Part shown: positions 1 through 8,376 of the stretch, piece by piece | How the letters are laid out: each line of letters starts with the position of its first letter | How positions within the stretch are numbered: position 1 is the stretch's first letter | Origin: an uncultured Candidatus Saccharibacteria bacterium | GTDB taxonomy: Bacteria > Patescibacteriota > Saccharimonadia > Saccharimonadales > Saccharimonadaceae | Assembly (NCBI GenBank): GCA_946222005.1 | Contig: CAMIHP010000002.1 | Coordinates: 25,322 to 89,321, forward strand | Reading direction: 5' to 3' | DNA length: 64,000 nt | Position numbers and translations under genes: made by a program | The notes under the pieces: model-generated | What the model saw: the letters and a program-made list of their open reading frames with translations, nothing else | What the model was told of the DNA's origin: nothing | Databases searched by the model: none

Positions 1-41
1 CTCGTTTGACATAACCTCCAACATAGAGGATGATATAGAAT

Positions 42-488
42 ATGGCTCGCTCTGCTCGCTCACACCATCCCGATGACTTCGCGCTCAATATTGCGCATGA
101 TGAGCTCGATCTCTTTCGCTGGTTTCTATTGGTGTATTTGCTGGGCAAGCCGATTCAATCACCGGTGGCGGTGCAGACGTGGCGCCTCTTGGTGGAGCGC
201 CAGCTTGACACGCCGTGGGCGCTGCTTGCGGTGGAGCGCAGACGCCTCGTGCGACTACTGGATGAAGGCAAATACACGCGCTACGATGAGAAAACAGCGA
301 CGGCGCTGCGGCTATGCGCACAGCAGCTGATTGACTGGTATGATGGCTCGCTGATGCTGCTCATCGACAGTAGCTCGGGCGAAGCTGAGTGCACCAAACG
401 CTTGCAAAAATTCTACGGCGTCGGGCCAAAGACGGCGGAGATTTTCTTGCGCGGCATAGAGGAGTTATTTGCTCGGCGTGTGGAGTGA
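42..488 (+). CDS. HhH-motif protein (endonuclease III/HhH-GPD-like helix-hairpin-helix near the C-terminus, 'FYGVGPKTAEIFL'). The function is uncertain because the ORF ends shortly after the HhH, so the glycosylase catalytic region is absent.
   Basis: ORF of 148 aa. The GVGPKTA helix-hairpin-helix signature is seen in the translation. No downstream Asp-containing GPD loop. Confidence 0.4.
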   Translation: MARSARSHHPDDFALNIAHDELDLFRWFLLVYLLGKPIQSPVAVQTWRLLVERQLDTPWALLAVERRRLVRLLDEGKYTRYDEKTATALRLCAQQLIDWYDGSLMLLIDSSSGEAECTKRLQKFYGVGPKTAEIFLRGIEELFARRVE

Positions 489-529
489 AGATATAATAAG
501 TGAGAAAATACCAGAGATAAGGAGGAGTA

Positions 530-1540
530 ATGCCTTATAAATTTCGGAAAATAGCACACGCAGTAACTCAGTGGAGTCAGCGGCACTGGCGGGGTTTGGC
601 AGTAATTGTAGTGATTATTATAGGGCTGTGGCTCAATAATACGAGTCTCTTTGTGCCAACGCAGCACCCACGGATACTCGCTCACCGAGGCTTGGCACAG
701 ACCTTTGACTACAGCAAGGTTGGCAACGACACCAACACTGCAGCCATTATAGATAAACCCGAGCACCCCTATCTTGAGAATACAATCCCGTCAATGCGCG
801 CCGCCTTCGATCATGGTGCGGATGTGGTGGAGCTTGACCTCAAGCTCACGAAAGATCAGCAATTAGCGGTTTTCCATGATGCAACACTAGAATATCGCAC
901 AGAGGCCAAGGGCGAGATTGGCAACTACACTATGACTGAGCTCAAGCAGCTTGACATTGGTTATGGCTACACAGCGGATGGTGGCAAAACCTTTCCATTC
1001 CGCGGCAAAGGGGTTGGCTTGATGCCTACGCTTGATGAGGTGCTGACGGCCTTTCCGCACAAAGATCTTCTTTTGCATGTTAAGGATGGCAACCACCAGA
1101 CATACGAAGTGTTGTGGGGAAAGCTCCGAGCAATGACCCCTGAACGCTTCAATCAGATGACGGTCTACGGCAACGATGATGGCATTGCCTGGCTGCGCCA
1201 ACAAAGCGCGACGCTGCGTCTCTGTTCCAAGACAATGATGAAGGCCGGGTTGCTGCGGTACTTGGCGGTTGGCTGGACGGGTTATGTGCCGCACGAGCTG
1301 CACAATATGGAGCTGCACATTCCGCGGCGCTATGCACCACTGCTATGGGGCTGGCCAGGTAAGTTTGTTGACCGGATGGCGGCGGTAAACACGCGAGTAA
1401 TGTTGGTCGAAGGCGATGGACAGTGGTCAGCTGGGTTTGATACAGCGGAGAGTGTGACGCAGATACCGCCACAGTTTGGCGGGTATGTCTGGACGAACCG
1501 GATTGATCGGGTGCAGCCAGTGCTCGCGCGGCGGCGCTGA
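530..1540 (+). CDS. Glycerophosphodiester phosphodiesterase (GDPD family), N-terminally membrane-anchored.
   Basis: GDPD motifs 'ILAHRG...', 'ENTIPSMRAAFDHGADVVELDLKLTKDQQLAVFHD'. Hydrophobic N-terminal segment. Strong RBS 'GGAGGAG' 8 nt upstream of the ATG. Confidence 0.8.
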   Translation: MPYKFRKIAHAVTQWSQRHWRGLAVIVVIIIGLWLNNTSLFVPTQHPRILAHRGLAQTFDYSKVGNDTNTAAIIDKPEHPYLENTIPSMRAAFDHGADVVELDLKLTKDQQLAVFHDATLEYRTEAKGEIGNYTMTELKQLDIGYGYTADGGKTFPFRGKGVGLMPTLDEVLTAFPHKDLLLHVKDGNHQTYEVLWGKLRAMTPERFNQMTVYGNDDGIAWLRQQSATLRLCSKTMMKAGLLRYLAVGWTGYVPHELHNMELHIPRRYAPLLWGWPGKFVDRMAAVNTRVMLVEGDGQWSAGFDTAESVTQIPPQFGGYVWTNRIDRVQPVLARRR

Positions 1541-1684
1541 GTTTTATACACTTGAGTGAAATGAGGTAGGATAGGTGACAGACGCGCGCGTCTTGTTCTT
1601 GAGTAGTATACTAAACGAATCATTATTGTAATACATTTACATTAGCTCTCATCTGTGCGATAATCTTAGTGAAGGAGAAGTAGA

Positions 1685-3010
1685 ATGCACACACAATTTG
1701 ATGCACTGATTATTGGTTTTGGTAAGGCGGGCAAGACGCTGGCGGTAGCGCTGGCTGGGGCAGGTCAGCGGGTAGCGCTGGTGGAGCAGTCGCCGCAGAT
1801 GTATGGCGGGACGTGTATTAATATTGCGTGTATTCCGACCAAGACGCTGGTGAGTGCGGCAGCGGCTGGCCAGTCGATCGACGAAGCGTTTGCGCGCAAA
1901 ACAGCGGTTGTGACCAAGCTCAATAACAAGAACTACCACATGCTCGCGGATAACCCGGGCGTGATGGTTATCGATGGCACCGCGTCGTTTGTTGATGCGC
2001 ACACGGTGAGTGTCCAGGCGGGTGAGCAGCGCATTGAGCTGCAGGCAGAACGGTTATTCATTAATACCGGTGCAGTGCCGGTGATGCCGGCGATTGCTGG
2101 CATTGAGCAAACGGCCCATGTCTATACCAGTACAGAGGTGCTCAACCGGCAGCTGAAGCCACAGCGGCTAGCGGTAATTGGCGCTGGGCCAATTGGCCTG
2201 GAGTTTGCGTCAACCTATGCAGCCCTTGGCGTGGAGGTCACGCTCTACCATCGCCGAGCGCAGCTGCTTCCGCACGACGAGCCATCTGTTGCCCAAGCAG
2301 TTGCTCAGGCTCTGGAGGCGCAGGGTATAACACTCGTGCTTGCATCAGACATACAGCAGGTGCGCGATACAGACCACGGCGTTGCTGTGATACGTGGCGG
2401 TGATGAACAAGTATATGATGCCGTGCTTGTGGCCGCTGGTCGCCGGCCTAATACTAGTCAGCTTGGTCTTGCCGCCGCTGGGGTGAAGACTGACGAGCGC
2501 GGCGCTGTTGTCGTTAATGATCATTTGCAAACCACTCAGCCGCATATCTGGGCACTGGGCGATGTTAATGGTGGGCCACAGTATACCTATGTATCGCTCG
2601 ACGACTTCCGTATTGTCAAGAGCCAGCTCCTTGGTGATGGGAGCTATACGCGGGCTCAGCGTGCAGTATTGCCTCATGTGATATTTATGCAGACACCACT
2701 GGCGCGCGTTGGCCTAACCGAAGCAGTAGCTCGCGCCCAGTATGGCGACGATGTGAAGGTTAAAGAGTTGCCAGCTATGGCGGTACCGCGCATGCATGTT
2801 GATAATAAAACAACGGGGCTACTCAAAGCAGTGATCCAGCCATCGACAGGCCATATTCTTGGCGCGACGCTCTTTTGCCAGCAGGCTCCAGAGGTGATTA
2901 ATACCATCACCACCGCTATGAATGCCAAGCTACCCTATACCGTACTGCGCGACCAGATCTTTACTCACCCAACGGTGAGTGAGGCGTTGAATGACCTATT
3001 TGCTATCTAG
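1685..3010 (+). CDS. rclA: Class I pyridine nucleotide-disulfide oxidoreductase, RclA-like (FAD/NAD(P)-binding, redox-active CxxxxC 'GGTCINIAC').
   Basis: 441 aa. N-terminal 'IIGFGKAGKTLA' dinucleotide-binding motif, active-site 'GTCINIACIPTK', and C-terminal 'LRDQIFTHPTVSEALNDLF' all match my recollection of the E. coli RclA family, which is also 441 aa long. Confidence 0.7.
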   Translation: MHTQFDALIIGFGKAGKTLAVALAGAGQRVALVEQSPQMYGGTCINIACIPTKTLVSAAAAGQSIDEAFARKTAVVTKLNNKNYHMLADNPGVMVIDGTASFVDAHTVSVQAGEQRIELQAERLFINTGAVPVMPAIAGIEQTAHVYTSTEVLNRQLKPQRLAVIGAGPIGLEFASTYAALGVEVTLYHRRAQLLPHDEPSVAQAVAQALEAQGITLVLASDIQQVRDTDHGVAVIRGGDEQVYDAVLVAAGRRPNTSQLGLAAAGVKTDERGAVVVNDHLQTTQPHIWALGDVNGGPQYTYVSLDDFRIVKSQLLGDGSYTRAQRAVLPHVIFMQTPLARVGLTEAVARAQYGDDVKVKELPAMAVPRMHVDNKTTGLLKAVIQPSTGHILGATLFCQQAPEVINTITTAMNAKLPYTVLRDQIFTHPTVSEALNDLFAI

Positions 3011-3040
3011 GAATAGCGAGTTGTTTCGCTATCTATGATA

Positions 3041-3070
3041 AAAGCCTCCCCGTGTATAGGGAGGCTTTGT
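3041..3070. terminator. Bidirectional rho-independent terminator between the convergent genes ending at 3010 (+) and 3088 (-).
   Basis: Hairpin aagcctccc-cgtgtata-gggaggctt. An A-run lies on the left side, which reads as a T-run on the minus strand. Confidence 0.5.
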
Positions 3071-3087
3071 AGCTACTAGAGTGGTTG

Positions 3088-4071
3088 TTATATAAAATCA
3101 GCAATATCATCGCCGCGCGCCAGTGCGATAGTATCTTCTATATCCAGCTGGTCTAGGTTGTCGTGTGTGCTTGGGCCGGCTGCTTGTGTTTGCAGGTAGC
3201 CATCAACGAACGCATCAATATCCGCTAGGGATGGAGCAAGTGTTAACGTTTCGCGATCAAACATATTGCTTACATCGCCTAGGCGGTCGATGGTAGCATC
3301 ATGGCTGTAGCGGATATCGGTATACGTTTCGGTATCTAGGTGGCGGATGGCGCCACGCGAATCAAGTGCAAAATTCTTAGCCTGGGCATCGCCATGGATA
3401 AAGCCATGGTTGTGGAGCTCCGCCATAGCACGGCCCGCTACCTGGTACATAGCCCGGCGGGTTTCTGCTGGGGTGTTAGGGTTCCACAGGTAGTTATCGA
3501 GCGTGTTGACGTTATGCTCGTAGCGGGTTAGTACGCCAACGCGCTGCGCCCCACGTGGAGTGTCTTTTGCCCGAATAAAGCCAAGTGGTGTGTAGGTTTT
3601 GTGCTCACCAAAGCGCTCGTTCACGGCCTTGGCTGCTAGGAACTCGCGGCTGGCCGTAATAGGGTGCACATATTTAACGGCTACCAGCTCAGTGATGGTA
3701 CCGGCTTCTGGCTGCGCCATGTGCAACTGGCCAAAGGCAACCTCAGCACGACTATGCTGGCGGCCGCGCTCCAGGCCGGGCACGCGGTTGAGGCTATGGC
3801 TGCGAATATGCTGGTCATCAATGGTGGCCTGTATGCCAGAAATTTCTGGTGGCAAAAGCACCAAATCGCCAGTGGTAAGACTGCCAAGTTTGCGTATGAG
3901 CCGCTCGTTACGGAAGCCGTGTTCAGCAGCGGTTTCGCTATTGGGAATGTATTTATTCTTAAGATAGTCAACGGCACCAACCGGCTGAATTGGGTCGCCA
4001 TCAATAATTAAGTTTGGTGCGATTTTTTCACTCATATCGTTATATTTACCATGAATAGAGTTATTAGTCAA
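3088..4071 (-). CDS. Protein-kinase-like fold phosphotransferase (APH/Kdo-kinase-like). Paralogous to the ORF at 17498..18463.
   Basis: Catalytic-loop-like 'HGFIHGDAQAKNFALD' followed by 'IRHLDTE' (the HGDxxxxN ... D motif pair of the APH/ePK-like fold). Confidence 0.55.
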   Translation of the reverse strand: MTNNSIHGKYNDMSEKIAPNLIIDGDPIQPVGAVDYLKNKYIPNSETAAEHGFRNERLIRKLGSLTTGDLVLLPPEISGIQATIDDQHIRSHSLNRVPGLERGRQHSRAEVAFGQLHMAQPEAGTITELVAVKYVHPITASREFLAAKAVNERFGEHKTYTPLGFIRAKDTPRGAQRVGVLTRYEHNVNTLDNYLWNPNTPAETRRAMYQVAGRAMAELHNHGFIHGDAQAKNFALDSRGAIRHLDTETYTDIRYSHDATIDRLGDVSNMFDRETLTLAPSLADIDAFVDGYLQTQAAGPSTHDNLDQLDIEDTIALARGDDIADFI

Positions 4072-4358
4072 TGAGTTATAACCTGAATACCAAAATCTAT
4101 TATCTTGTTGTTTGCTCTTTACTGCTTACTACTCTATACCGATGAAACACGAAGGCTCAGTGTAATAAGTTGGTCGTAATCCAGTGCAAGAGGTTGATAT
4201 TTGGGAAATGTTCGTTCTAATAGTGATCTACCTGATGGAATGTGGCGTGGAGTGTGAGAATACAGAGGAATTTTAAGATTCAAATAGATAATTGACAATA
4301 CTACCACGTATCTCGTACAATAAAATCCTAGACAATAAGGAGAACACATGTCAAATTC

Positions 4359-4374
4359 AGAGAGAGAGAGAGAG
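4359..4374 (+). repeat. (AG)8 dinucleotide microsatellite inside a 10-codon micro-ORF (ATG 4348 .. TAA 4380) that is preceded by an AAGGAG RBS.
   Basis: Sequence 'aaggagaacacATGtcaaattcagagagagagagagagctttaa' in the AT-rich intergenic region 4072-4457. Confidence 0.85.
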
Positions 4375-4457
4375 CTTTAACAAGCAATGCAGAGCAGATA
4401 GATGCTAGTGAAGCTGCGGTTGAGCATGACGATCAGCAACGTACCCGCGCTATAGGA

Positions 4458-4799
4458 GTGGTGGCAGCAAAAGGAACTGAAATGGTGCCGGCTATTTCTC
4501 GTTTTAAAGACTGGCGGAAAAAAAGACGGGAAGAAAAGCGGGAGAAACGGGCAGTCGCCTACAAAGAAGCGAGGAGAACTCTTTATGGTCCAATAGTAGA
4601 CCATGTGTCTTTCGGTCTTCGTGGTGCTCGCCCAGGAACAATGATTAATGTTCCGCTAGTACTCCCTGCTACTCGGACACAAGTAGCCTACGAGGAGAGA
4701 ATGCGCCAACAATTGATGACTCCAGAGGGGCAAAAACAGCACGACGACCTTATTGAATCTCTCACACAGAAAGACGAAGAACGGCGTTCTTGGGAGTAA
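4458..4799 (+). CDS. Hypothetical highly charged (Lys/Arg/Glu-rich) protein.
   Basis: ORF of 113 aa with reduced GC relative to its neighbours. No recognisable motif. Confidence 0.35.
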   Translation: MVAAKGTEMVPAISRFKDWRKKRREEKREKRAVAYKEARRTLYGPIVDHVSFGLRGARPGTMINVPLVLPATRTQVAYEERMRQQLMTPEGQKQHDDLIESLTQKDEERRSWE

Positions 4800-4886
4800 C
4801 AAGACCAAGGTGATAAAGTACTTTAAAGGCATTAAGTAACAAAATTTCTATAACTCTGAATTGCATCACCGTATGGTGATGCATAG

Positions 4887-5459
4887 CTACGCTGCCCGAA
4901 ACTCATACACAAACGTACCTGTTTTGGGTGAGAGGCAGATGATGTCTAGGTCGGGCGAGCCGTGTTTGTCTGGGAGTGTTTGGCCAAGGTGATGAAAGCG
5001 AATGATACACGAGCTATCTGGCGTAGTGGCTGAGCTCAGCAGAGCACGTGCGTGGCCAGACACCTGCTCTGAAGAATCAAGCGGCAATGTGCGCCCAAGC
5101 TGCGAATATGCCATCCACCCTGTGCAGCCAAATTTGCAATCGCGAAACGGCTGGTTAGCGAGCAGACGCTGGCGTGCGGCGTGGTCGGTAATAGTGCCGA
5201 TGACGATGCCGCCTGGCCCATCAATATTGATAAACTCACCGCGGCTTAGGGCAATGTCGAGCGACTGCGTGGCCTCGCTTTTTACTCGCCGCGCGAGTTC
5301 CTTTGTCGCGTTCGTCCAGAGTGGTTCGGGTCGCATTGCGTGCAGGGCAGTGCTTATGCCAATGCCTACCACGATGAGCAGAATTATCACCACAAGCGGC
5401 AGCCATATATGGCGGAGAAGAGCAGAGAGGTTAGTGAGTGTGCTACGCATATATTTCAT
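4887..5459 (-). CDS. Hypothetical membrane-anchored protein (single N-terminal TM, Cys-containing extracytoplasmic domain). Lies immediately downstream of the SipW gene on the same strand.
   Basis: Hydrophobic segment 'IWLPLVVIILLIVVGIGIS' near the N-terminus. Co-directional with the upstream fibre module, with only an 87-bp gap. Confidence 0.4.
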   Translation of the reverse strand: MKYMRSTLTNLSALLRHIWLPLVVIILLIVVGIGISTALHAMRPEPLWTNATKELARRVKSEATQSLDIALSRGEFINIDGPGGIVIGTITDHAARQRLLANQPFRDCKFGCTGWMAYSQLGRTLPLDSSEQVSGHARALLSSATTPDSSCIIRFHHLGQTLPDKHGSPDLDIICLSPKTGTFVYEFRAA

Positions 5460-5545
5460 GCATATAGTATATATCAGGCGCTTGATGCTTGCAATGAGAA
5501 TAAAACGATGTAATAGCTAAGAATATAAGAGTAGCTTATCGTGTG

Positions 5546-7219
5546 TTATTTTGTGCCAGCAAGGTAGATTTCTTGCACCTGGGCATCATTCAGCGCGGTG
5601 GTGTGGACAGCCCCAAATTGCATCATACCAGTGAAGAATGTGTTTGTGCTGTTGATCGGTGTGCCATCACCATTACGCCACTCGCTAAAGCGTCCACAGC
5701 CAAACTTCCAGTAGCCACGGAAGTTTTGGGCTTGCGTGACGCTTGGGTCGTGAGCAACCAGTGTGCCATCGGCATAGAGCCGCATGCCTTGTGGTGAGAG
5801 TGAGGCGGCAACGTGGTGCCATTTGCCATCGGCGTAGTTCTTGCCGGCTGGTGAGAAGATTGAGCGCGTGGCATTGGGCCACACCGCAAAGGCAATGCGC
5901 CCTTGCTTGTCGAGAAAGAGGACGCGGTCTAAGCTTGGGTCCGCACCATTGTCTGGTGTACTGGCAAAGCCAGCGATGCGCCCATTATTGAGCCCATATT
6001 GATTGGTATTGAACCAGACAGAGAGGGTAAAAGGGTTGGGGTTGTCGATGAGCGTAGGGTAGGCAAGGCAAGTATCTTTGAAGAGGGTACTGCGCACACG
6101 GTCGCGGCGACAGGCATATGATTGTGAACCATGAGCAGCGGCCGTGCGCGTGAGCCAGGTACCCTTATTGTTATTACCAGATAGGTCGCGCTCGGTAGTG
6201 CCAGTATCGAAGAATGTCATGCCGTAGATGAAGAGCGCCTGCGAGGGGGCAGTGAGCTTGGTGGCATCAGTGCAGTTGTAGAGCACGGCGCGCGCAGTAT
6301 TAGCACTGTTGCGGATCGTACCAGAAAATGCCCCGCTCGTTAGATAAAAGTTATGAAAGATAATGAAGCATATCCCTACCAGTGTAATAATTGCTGCGAC
6401 GATGACAGAAGTTATGGGTAATGGTTGCGGTGAGCTATCGGCTGCGACAGGCCGAGATAGCTGGCGAAGGCCATAGAGCATCAGCCCAAAGGGGATAAGA
6501 CAAATGAGCATAATACACAAGACGACCCACGCTGTGTAATGAATCGTTGGCATGAAAAAATACTGTCCGTGGCTATTTTGCACCGAGACGGTAATGGTAG
6601 CATCTTGGCCGGGGTAGAGCACTGTGCCGACTGCATCGATTGGGAACACTCCGGTATTGACGATGTGCATATTCGCGCCTTCATTGGCTGGCAAGACACT
6701 GAGCACACTAAAGTTGATCCACGGATGAAACCACAGCGACACGGCGCAGAGCACCAGCGTCATGCCAATAATCCGATAATACCAGCGCCACGTTGGGCGA
6801 GCTCGGCGGGTGGCTAGATGGATGATAAGCCAGCCGATCACCACCCATGGCATCATCAGCCATACCCAGCCAAGCCATGGGTTGATGAAAATTGCTTTGC
6901 CGATGACGGCACTGTGCTTGATGGGGAGCGGATCGGCCGCGTGGTTGAGGTCGCCCTTGGTGAGGATACGCTGGTTGGTGATAGACTCAATCCGATGAGT
7001 ATACGTCCGGCCGTGGCGCTGGAAGGTGATGATATCGCCGGGGTGGTAGCTGCTAGCTGGCTGGGCAATGACGAGCGAGCCAACTGGTGCGGCGGTAGCC
7101 ATGCTCGGCGTTGTGACAAAAAAGATACGCATGCCGAGCGCCATCATCACGGCAACGAAGCCTCCAAGACAGAGGCTTAGGATAGTGATGATAATTATTC
7201 GTTGCCGCGGCATGCGCAT
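5546..7219 (-). CDS. SipW-type (archaeal/ER-type) signal peptidase I domain fused to a C-terminal LamG/concanavalin-A-like lectin domain.
   Basis: N-terminal TM followed by 'TTPSMATAAPVGSLVIAQP', 'GDIITF', 'HRI' and 'TKGDLNHAADP', which are the S26 SipW-like Ser/His boxes and the GDN..D motif. Several more TM helices follow. The C-terminal ~200 aa carry LamG-like strands 'TLSVWFNTNQ...GRIAGF...VLFLDKQGRIAFAVW...KWHHVAASLSPQGMRLYADGTLV'. Confidence 0.65.
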   Translation of the reverse strand: MRMPRQRIIIITILSLCLGGFVAVMMALGMRIFFVTTPSMATAAPVGSLVIAQPASSYHPGDIITFQRHGRTYTHRIESITNQRILTKGDLNHAADPLPIKHSAVIGKAIFINPWLGWVWLMMPWVVIGWLIIHLATRRARPTWRWYYRIIGMTLVLCAVSLWFHPWINFSVLSVLPANEGANMHIVNTGVFPIDAVGTVLYPGQDATITVSVQNSHGQYFFMPTIHYTAWVVLCIMLICLIPFGLMLYGLRQLSRPVAADSSPQPLPITSVIVAAIITLVGICFIIFHNFYLTSGAFSGTIRNSANTARAVLYNCTDATKLTAPSQALFIYGMTFFDTGTTERDLSGNNNKGTWLTRTAAAHGSQSYACRRDRVRSTLFKDTCLAYPTLIDNPNPFTLSVWFNTNQYGLNNGRIAGFASTPDNGADPSLDRVLFLDKQGRIAFAVWPNATRSIFSPAGKNYADGKWHHVAASLSPQGMRLYADGTLVAHDPSVTQAQNFRGYWKFGCGRFSEWRNGDGTPINSTNTFFTGMMQFGAVHTTALNDAQVQEIYLAGTK

Positions 7220-7237
7220 CGTCCTACTCCAGAGGAA

Positions 7238-7891
7238 TTACGCGCCAAATGTCCACGTCAGTGGTTGTGAGACCTGCAGACCTTGGTAGGTTGGGCCAGC
7301 GCTGGCGTCGAGCGACACCTCAAAGGTGATTGGTACACTCTCTCCTGCGTTGATGGTTGCTTTGCTGAGCTTGGCGAGCAGGTCAATAGCACCGCCTGCT
7401 TGCAATTGTGCGGCAGTACCCGTAAAGAATGTGCTGCTGCCTGATTTGATGGCTACCTTAACCTTGCTGCAGAGGTCGGTTGCACTACCTGCTAAAGAAG
7501 CACCAGGGACAGGTGATTGGCTACATGTGCCAGGGTTGAGGCTAAAGGATGTTGCGGCCACGCTTCCGGTGTTTTGCAGAGTAATGTTGGTTGTTTGGGC
7601 TGGCCCACCAGCAACGAGTGGTGTGCTCGTGCCACCATACTTGTTGATAGTAGAGCAGGTAGCAGAGTTGGTTGTTGCACCAGCGCCGTCTGTGCTATTG
7701 CAGGTGTAGGTGCCCGATGTTTCCTTCATGGTGAGTGTACCGGTTGAGGCGCTGTTGATGGTGTTTTGGATGCTTGCCGCAAAGCCTGCGAAGGTTGGTG
7801 TAAAGGTGAAGGCGACCAGCAGTGCACCGACGATTCCCGTTGAGATAAGGCCGATCCGCTTCTTGCTCTGGCCAGCTTGAGTTGCAATCAT
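7238..7891 (-). CDS. SipW-cognate-class secreted protein (TasA/camelysin-like or pilin-like fibre subunit candidate), Thr/Gly/Ser-rich.
   Basis: N-terminus 'MIATQAGQSKKRIGLISTGIVGALLVAFTFTPTFAGFAAS' resembles the SipW-cognate signal peptide (charged, hydrophobic, then TFA.F). It lies immediately upstream of, and co-directional with, the SipW gene with a 19-bp gap. Likely ATG at 7891, preceded by a GGGGGA RBS. Confidence 0.55.
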   Translation of the reverse strand: MIATQAGQSKKRIGLISTGIVGALLVAFTFTPTFAGFAASIQNTINSASTGTLTMKETSGTYTCNSTDGAGATTNSATCSTINKYGGTSTPLVAGGPAQTTNITLQNTGSVAATSFSLNPGTCSQSPVPGASLAGSATDLCSKVKVAIKSGSSTFFTGTAAQLQAGGAIDLLAKLSKATINAGESVPITFEVSLDASAGPTYQGLQVSQPLTWTFGA

Positions 7892-8376
7892 AAAAATCCC
7901 CCTTATGGTTATATTAACTATAAGTGTATCAAAAGCATGAGCGTTATACAAGGCAGCAGGTCGCTGATTGCTGTGCGTATAGTGTGATAGCTAAATTTAT
8001 AAATTATCAGATGTCAGTGGCGGCTTTACTAGTTTGCTCATCTCTCCTTCGGGGTGACAGAAAGATCGATTTGGTATTTTCTATAGATTGGTCTCTTCCA
8101 TTGGCGCCAAAAGCCTAATGAAGTAGATAGTAGATTTTTCCTCGATGTATGGCAGAGCAGTGAGAGAAAGGTTACTGTAAAAGATCTTGCTCATACAGAC
8201 ACATCATGTCTGTACCTCTGTTTTGCTATAGTGGCTCGTGCGAGAGAATCGGCTGCAACACTGTTATATCGCCAGCCTATCTGCCCAGCTCCCTGTAAAC
8301 CTGCTATAATAGAATATGAATAGAAAGTAAAGAGGCGCTATCGGGCAGGGTAGCGCAAGCGGAGGTCGGAGCGGAT

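Noticed and set aside
4359-4374. (AG)8 tract as a possible CRISPR or other array
   Set aside because: It is a single short dinucleotide microsatellite. There are no spacer/repeat units and no cas genes.
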